Shown piece after piece: positions 7,401 to 10,146 of a stretch of DNA of 10,146 nucleotides (position 1 is the stretch's first letter; every line of letters begins with the position of its first letter). The translations under genes and the position numbers were made by a program. Below the pieces are notes generated by a model that was given only the letters and a program-made list of their open reading frames with translations, ran no database searches and was not told where the DNA came from. This stretch comes from Prasinococcaceae sp. CCMP 1430 (taxonomy: Eukaryota; Plantae; Prasinodermophyta), in the NCBI GenBank assembly GCA_013416795.1, contig RQSC01000917.1:69599-79744 (forward strand), written 5' to 3'.

Positions 7401-7708
7401 TCCACGAACAGCGAGAAGCGCCGCAGCCAGCGCCTGCGGCGCGGCTTGGGCGCCTCGGCCATCTCCTCTGCGACGGCCTTCTCATCGCTCGGCAGCTGCG
7501 GCTGGCCTTCGCCGTTGGCGGCAGTAGCAGCATCCGCCGCCGGGGTTGGAGACGGCGCGCCGTCGCGGTCACCCGTCTCCTGCTCGCGCTGCGGCTCCTC
7601 CGAGACCGCCGGAGCGTCGGCGACGGGCGGCTCGCCGTCGTCGCCCGCACCCTCCCTCGCGCCATCGCCGTTGGCGGAAGGGGCACCCATGCCGACCACG
7701 CGCCACAT
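4403..7708 (-). CDS. Patched/NPC1-like sterol-sensing-domain RND-type membrane protein (about 1101 aa from Met 7708, or 1095 aa from Met 7690), no introns evident
   Basis: The protein has the 1+5+1+5 TM layout. TM1 is followed by KLFTPQDT. The SSD carries LLLGLGLDDTFVI, GPSITVTSLSDAAAF and LPALRDFGLY, and the second half carries LGLSVDYSVHIAHSF, GGPVFQGAASTFLA and YVFKTFFKM...HGSIVLPVMLS. Ten N-x-S/T sequons lie in the two large loops (6+4). Stop TAG at 4405-4403. The track's extension to 8092 translates as Arg-rich, non-coding-like sequence. Confidence 0.93.
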   Translation of the reverse strand: MWRVVGMGAPSANGDGAREGAGDDGEPPVADAPAVSEEPQREQETGDRDGAPSPTPAADAATAANGEGQPQLPSDEKAVAEEMAEAPKPRRRRWLRRFSLFVDRSLSDSFAWMGEFCCTRRGAIVVSALAILVTLGLGAGFSRFERERNAYKLFTPQDTEGQDDKVWVEETFGYSDEITRVYAVSSSLKSYGGTGSNSTILTRAAVLELCALWREMAWQEADTDEAGEVRWESAPVCSRPLEGSAEDSGGGGGDLAAPANTTFSTPCDVVSLLDFFEAHRTDPYNCEALAAEATNDTAVVAAVNVANATDKLGRSLDPAYVLGGLRYSSDNASAIVYAEAIQLVAAAQNNVVQRSGEADADPVVADWELAAGKYAVPSFESVRNRPNGSFAYETLVAYPDNDALADDEISAAFNEDVFRIAIAAVLLVIFSTFVLSRRSPVYSAGYMGLISTLCVGMAIISSFGLMLWIGVTYSDVVQTGIILLLGLGLDDTFVILGEHWRQSENDGLWATTVPKFVRRVMRSAGPSITVTSLSDAAAFGTGAISTLPALRDFGLYTMAGVLFDFLYQCTFFVVFVGLDTRRRKGRRSDWLCCFKRTDPEEPVCCKSTPVTPGEPGWTDYLPGRWIASIALSRIGKLITMAGALALLGVSIYGATRVETNFEYENFFVPDGSYVKAAYSIRDAYFNGNVLQLGAYTRASGTQLIFNNRDELLELPAAMRANEWVMSEPQVVGFYEAMVEYYADVNASDPNAVYAEVYEDNSTVWLDSMLAFLDSDAGAEYVNDVAFVNGTNRTKISGTRVRMFARLPGNSAGNIDMMDSVRATAKAAAPDLDGTAYSFAFLFFEGDKVIKSETLRNVFIAAAAVFVMCLILLADVWTAILVLVMILAIDTELLGFMAADGLTYNSVTSISLILSLGLSVDYSVHIAHSFLMFTGTRDERSAASLRHIGGPVFQGAASTFLAILSLAGASSYVFKTFFKMWLVIISLGWIHGSIVLPVMLSWVGSRPYDDATPAEEVYPQMLRPWGGRAFRKGEISAAAAADVAKAQEGGPPDGGAGQREAAGGSADDGGEPEEAGSQDAGAGGEEAAATVPPPPVPPPASR

Positions 7709-7715
7709 CGGCGGC

Positions 7716-7740
7716 CTCGACTCGACTCGCCTCGACTCGG
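7716..7740. repeat. Five-copy CTCGA pentamer microsatellite in the Patched-like 5' leader
   Basis: CTCGA CTCGA CTCGC CTCGA CTCGG, ending 7 nt before the ATG at 7708 on the minus strand. Confidence 0.75.
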
Positions 7741-8349
7741 AGCGTGCGACAGCGCGTCGCCAACAATGTGCCCGCGCGCCCCGCCGCCGGGAAAAAAAAA
7801 ATAGCCATCGTTCTCCCTGTTCCGTCGCCGCGAGGCGCGCGGTCGAACGGCGCGAAGGCGCGCGCGCGCGCCCTCGTCTCGACCCGAAACACCATCCCGG
7901 GCGGCCACGAACGACGGCCGGCCGGCCGCAGGTTAAAAAATAAAATAAAAAACGCCCCCAAAAAACGACAGCGAGTTCCCACGTCGTCGGACCCACCGTC
8001 AAAACACACGCGCATGCAAAAACGCAAACTGCACGTTCTTTCGCATGCCTGCCGGCACGCGCGCCGCGCCGGCGCCGACGCGCCCGCGCCACGCGCCATC
8101 ACTTCGCACGCGGAGTGGGCCTCGGTCAACGTAATCACCCGTGGGTACAAATGACAGCGTAAGTCATGTAAGACTGCGCTGTATGTTTCTTCGCGTGGTC
8201 GTCGGGCGCGCGTGCAGGCCAACCGTCCCCCGAATATTCACGGGTGCCAGGTGTCGCGTCGCCCTCTTTGGGTTTATTAAAACGGGTTTGTATGTTGGTG
8301 TCAATGGATTCATTTTGAGGTGGTTCGATGGTCGTTGCGCTGGCGTGCG

Positions 8350-8369
8350 GGGTTTGGGTTTGGGTTTGG
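8350..8369 (+). repeat. (GGGTTT)3GG telomere-like hexamer run in the divergent promoter region
   Basis: GGGTTTGGGTTTGGGTTTGG, read directly from the sequence. Confidence 0.75.
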
Positions 8370-8812
8370 TGCGAGCCAACCGACGCCGTTCCCCCGGACG
8401 CGGCAGCGCCACCTCGGCGGCGCTGCAAAAGCGTTGTTAAGGGGAGTGGGCAAGGGGGGGGACACGGTGGGGAGGCTGCGCGCCGCGCCGCGCCGCGGGG
8501 CCACACCCACCACGCGGCGCGCCCTCGCGACGCCGAAGGTTCGATCGGTCGACCGCCCGCTCGCCCGCCCGCTCGGCCCCCTACCACCCCCCCAACCTCC
8601 CCACCCCTCCTTCCCAACCGACCCCTCGGTGTCGCCTCGAGCGGCGCGATGGCAGGCGGGCGGAGAATCGCCGCGGCGGCGTGCGCGGGCGCATGGTCGC
8701 ATCGGAGCGTGTGCAGTCCGGAAGCGGCGAGGGCAAGGACTCGGGCGCCGCCGCGACGCCGCGGGCGGCGGGCTTCCTCGAGTGAGAGAGGCTGCGCGGG
8801 ACCTCGCGCACG

Positions 8813-9856
8813 ATGGCTCGCGGGGGCGAGTACGCGCGCGCGGCGGTGGCGACGAAGCGGTACGGCGGCTACGTCGACGCCATGCCCGACCAGAGCGGCA
8901 AGCACGTGCTGGTGACGGGCGCGAACGCCGGCCTCGGCTTCCACTGCGCGCGCGCGCTCGCCGCCAAGGGCGCGACGGTCGTCCTCGGCTGCCGCAACGC
9001 GTCAAAGGCGGCGGCCGCCGCAGCGGAGATCAGGCGCACCGCCGCGCCCGGCGCCCAGGTGATCGTGCCGGCCGCGCCGCTCGACCTGGCGTCGCCCGCC
9101 GCCACGCGCGCGTTCGCCGCCGAGCTGGTGGGAGGCGCGGTGCCCAAGCTCGACGTGCTGGTGAACAACGCCGGCGTCATGGCGCTGCCGCCGGAGGTGC
9201 TCGCGGAGACGGGCAACGACGTGCAGCTGCAGACCAACGTGCTGTCGCCCTTCTTGCTCACCGCGCTGCTCATGCCGCTGCTCCAGAAGGCCGCGCCCGC
9301 GCGCGCGCGCGTGGTGTGGCTCACCTCGGGGCCCGGCATGGAGGGCGCAAAGGTGGCGCTCGGCGACGGCATCCTCAAAGACGGCGTGTGGGACAAGAAC
9401 GGCTTCAGCGCGCCCTTGAGTGGCGCGTGGGGGCTCTACCTGCTCAGCAAGCAGGCCAACCTGCGCCTCGCCGCGGAAATGCAGCGGCGCGCCGACGCCG
9501 CTGGTGCGGCCGTCGACTCGACCGCCGTCAACCCCGGCTTCTGCGCCACCGAGCTGCAGGGCAAGGCCGTCGCGGTGGGCGGGCAGCCGAAGTGGCTGCT
9601 CGTGGGCTGCCTCCAGGGCTGCTTCGGCCAGTCCGAGGAGGACGGATCGCTGCTGCTGCTCGAGGGCGCCACCGCGGCGCCGGCGGGGTCCTTCGTGAAG
9701 CCCAAGGGGATCACCAACGCAGGACGCCCCGCGGTCGCGGGCGACGCGCGCGCGCTGCTCGCGAAGAATCAGACCAAGGGCCTCGGCGATGACATGTCGG
9801 CAGCGCTCTGGGCGGCGTGCGAGCGCGCCACGGGCGAGGCGCTGTTCGCAGCCTGA
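8813..9856 (+). CDS. Classical short-chain dehydrogenase/reductase, retinol-dehydrogenase/WWOX-like subfamily, probably NADP(H)-dependent (347 aa)
   Basis: Motifs present: TGANAGLG (TGxxxGxG), LGCRN (a basic residue after beta-2 indicates NADP(H) preference), LDLAS, NNAG, QTN..SPFLLT, catalytic Ser (LTSG), YLLSK (YxxxK), NPGFCATEL and the C-terminal ALWAACERATG. Family similarity begins near Met 8882 (MPDQSGKHVLVTG). No introns are needed. Confidence 0.93.
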   Translation: MARGGEYARAAVATKRYGGYVDAMPDQSGKHVLVTGANAGLGFHCARALAAKGATVVLGCRNASKAAAAAAEIRRTAAPGAQVIVPAAPLDLASPAATRAFAAELVGGAVPKLDVLVNNAGVMALPPEVLAETGNDVQLQTNVLSPFLLTALLMPLLQKAAPARARVVWLTSGPGMEGAKVALGDGILKDGVWDKNGFSAPLSGAWGLYLLSKQANLRLAAEMQRRADAAGAAVDSTAVNPGFCATELQGKAVAVGGQPKWLLVGCLQGCFGQSEEDGSLLLLEGATAAPAGSFVKPKGITNAGRPAVAGDARALLAKNQTKGLGDDMSAALWAACERATGEALFAA

Positions 9857-9979
9857 GCAGGCGGCCATTGTGCGCGCGCCCCATGACCGTGCGCGTAGCT
9901 ACATGCGGCAAAGCGTGCGGCGCGGCGGCGCGGGCGTGCGCCCGGCCAGTGTGTGTGTGTTTGGGGGGTAGTGCATAAC

Positions 9980-9984
9980 TTACA
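9980..9984 (-). promoter_or_regulatory. Candidate TGTAA polyadenylation signal for the RGG-tail gene
   Basis: TTACA on + (TGTAA on -), 91 nt downstream of the TGA at 10078-10076. Confidence 0.5.
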
Positions 9985-10075
9985 GGTGCCCTTGTCGCTC
10001 CGTAGATAGATACACACACTGGACTACAATCAGTATGTACAACCCGCGCGCCGCGCGACCGCCCGCGCGGAAGAG

Positions 10076-10144
10076 TCAGCGGCGGCCCCACGAGCCGCGG
10101 CCAGAGCCGTAGCCGCCGCGGCCGCCGCCGCCACCCCAGCCGCG
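10076..10144 (-). CDS. C-terminus of an RGG/Gly-rich protein (probably RNA-binding), 5'-partial
   Basis: The minus strand from 10144 reads CGC GGC TGG GGT GGC GGC GGC GGC CGC GGC GGC TAC GGC TCT GGC CGC GGC TCG TGG GGC CGC CGC TGA, i.e. RGWGGGGGRGGYGSGRGSWGRR*. It has host-like codon usage and a downstream TGTAA. It is not in the ORF track. Confidence 0.7.
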   Translation of the reverse strand, partial: RGWGGGGGRGGYGSGRGSWGRR

Positions 10145-10146
10145 GC

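Noticed and set aside
7709-8092. N-terminal extension of the Patched-like ORF to 8092
   Set aside because: It translates as Arg-rich low-complexity sequence crossing A/T homopolymer tracts typical of promoter/UTR DNA. The Met codons at 7708 and 7690 have good initiation context.
8167-8171. TGTAA on the + strand as the poly(A) signal of an antisense transcript
   Set aside because: No + strand gene lies upstream, and a single 5-mer in an AT-rich island is expected by chance.
8782-8895. GTGAGA at 8782 as a splice donor removing the in-frame TGA
   Set aside because: The only frame-preserving acceptors are at 8790 (a 9-nt intron) or 8895 (a GAG acceptor with no pyrimidine tract, deleting conserved-looking MPDQ). 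Neither is credible.
8649-8915. Out-of-frame upstream ORF (MAGGRRIAAAACAGAW...) overlapping the SDR start, as a transit-peptide exon
   Set aside because: Many of its codons end in A/T, unlike host genes, and no plausible GT-AG intron joins it to the SDR frame.
690-9868. Many long overlapping Arg/Ala/Gly/Pro-rich ORFs in the track (e.g. 690..1655 +, 4554..6005 -, 4739..6250 +, 6237..7376 -, 6665..7804 +, 8320..9792 +, 9002..9868 -)
   Set aside because: These are shadow ORFs caused by stop-codon scarcity in very high-GC coding DNA. They overlap genes with clear family motifs and show none of their own.
9883-9925. ATGA...AAA stem-loop in the SDR 3' UTR as a SECIS element
   Set aside because: An 8-bp helix (CCGTGCGC/GCGTGCGG, with two G-U pairs) can form, but the 3' side lacks the GA needed for the tandem G-A quartet, and the AAA is too far from ATGA for the canonical spacing.

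Overview
High-GC eukaryotic genomic DNA. It is most consistent with a green alga, inferred from a GTGCGT splice donor, TGTAA motifs downstream of two stop codons and near-saturated GC3. The window holds, in order: (1) the 3' end of a kinesin-light-chain-type TPR repeat gene (+, to 481); (2) a two-exon, bacterial-type M14 zinc peptidase / succinylglutamate-desuccinylase-family gene (-, 1929..786, intron 1660..1507), which the ORF track splits in two; (3) a 483-N assembly gap; (4) a ~1.35 kb non-coding region (about 2610-3985) with a 47-bp dyad/hairpin tandem array, a recurring TCACATC motif and telomere-like remnants; (5) an intronless ~1100-aa 12-TM Patched/NPC1-like sterol-sensing-domain RND protein (-, 7708..4403); (6) a divergently oriented retinol-dehydrogenase-like SDR (+, 8813..9856), preceded by an in-frame, coding-like 30-codon ORF ending in TGA; and (7) the RGG-rich C-terminus of a further minus-strand gene, absent from the ORF track (stop 10076-10078). 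No tRNA, rRNA, CRISPR array or transposase was recognised. All homology calls come from motif recognition, not database searches.
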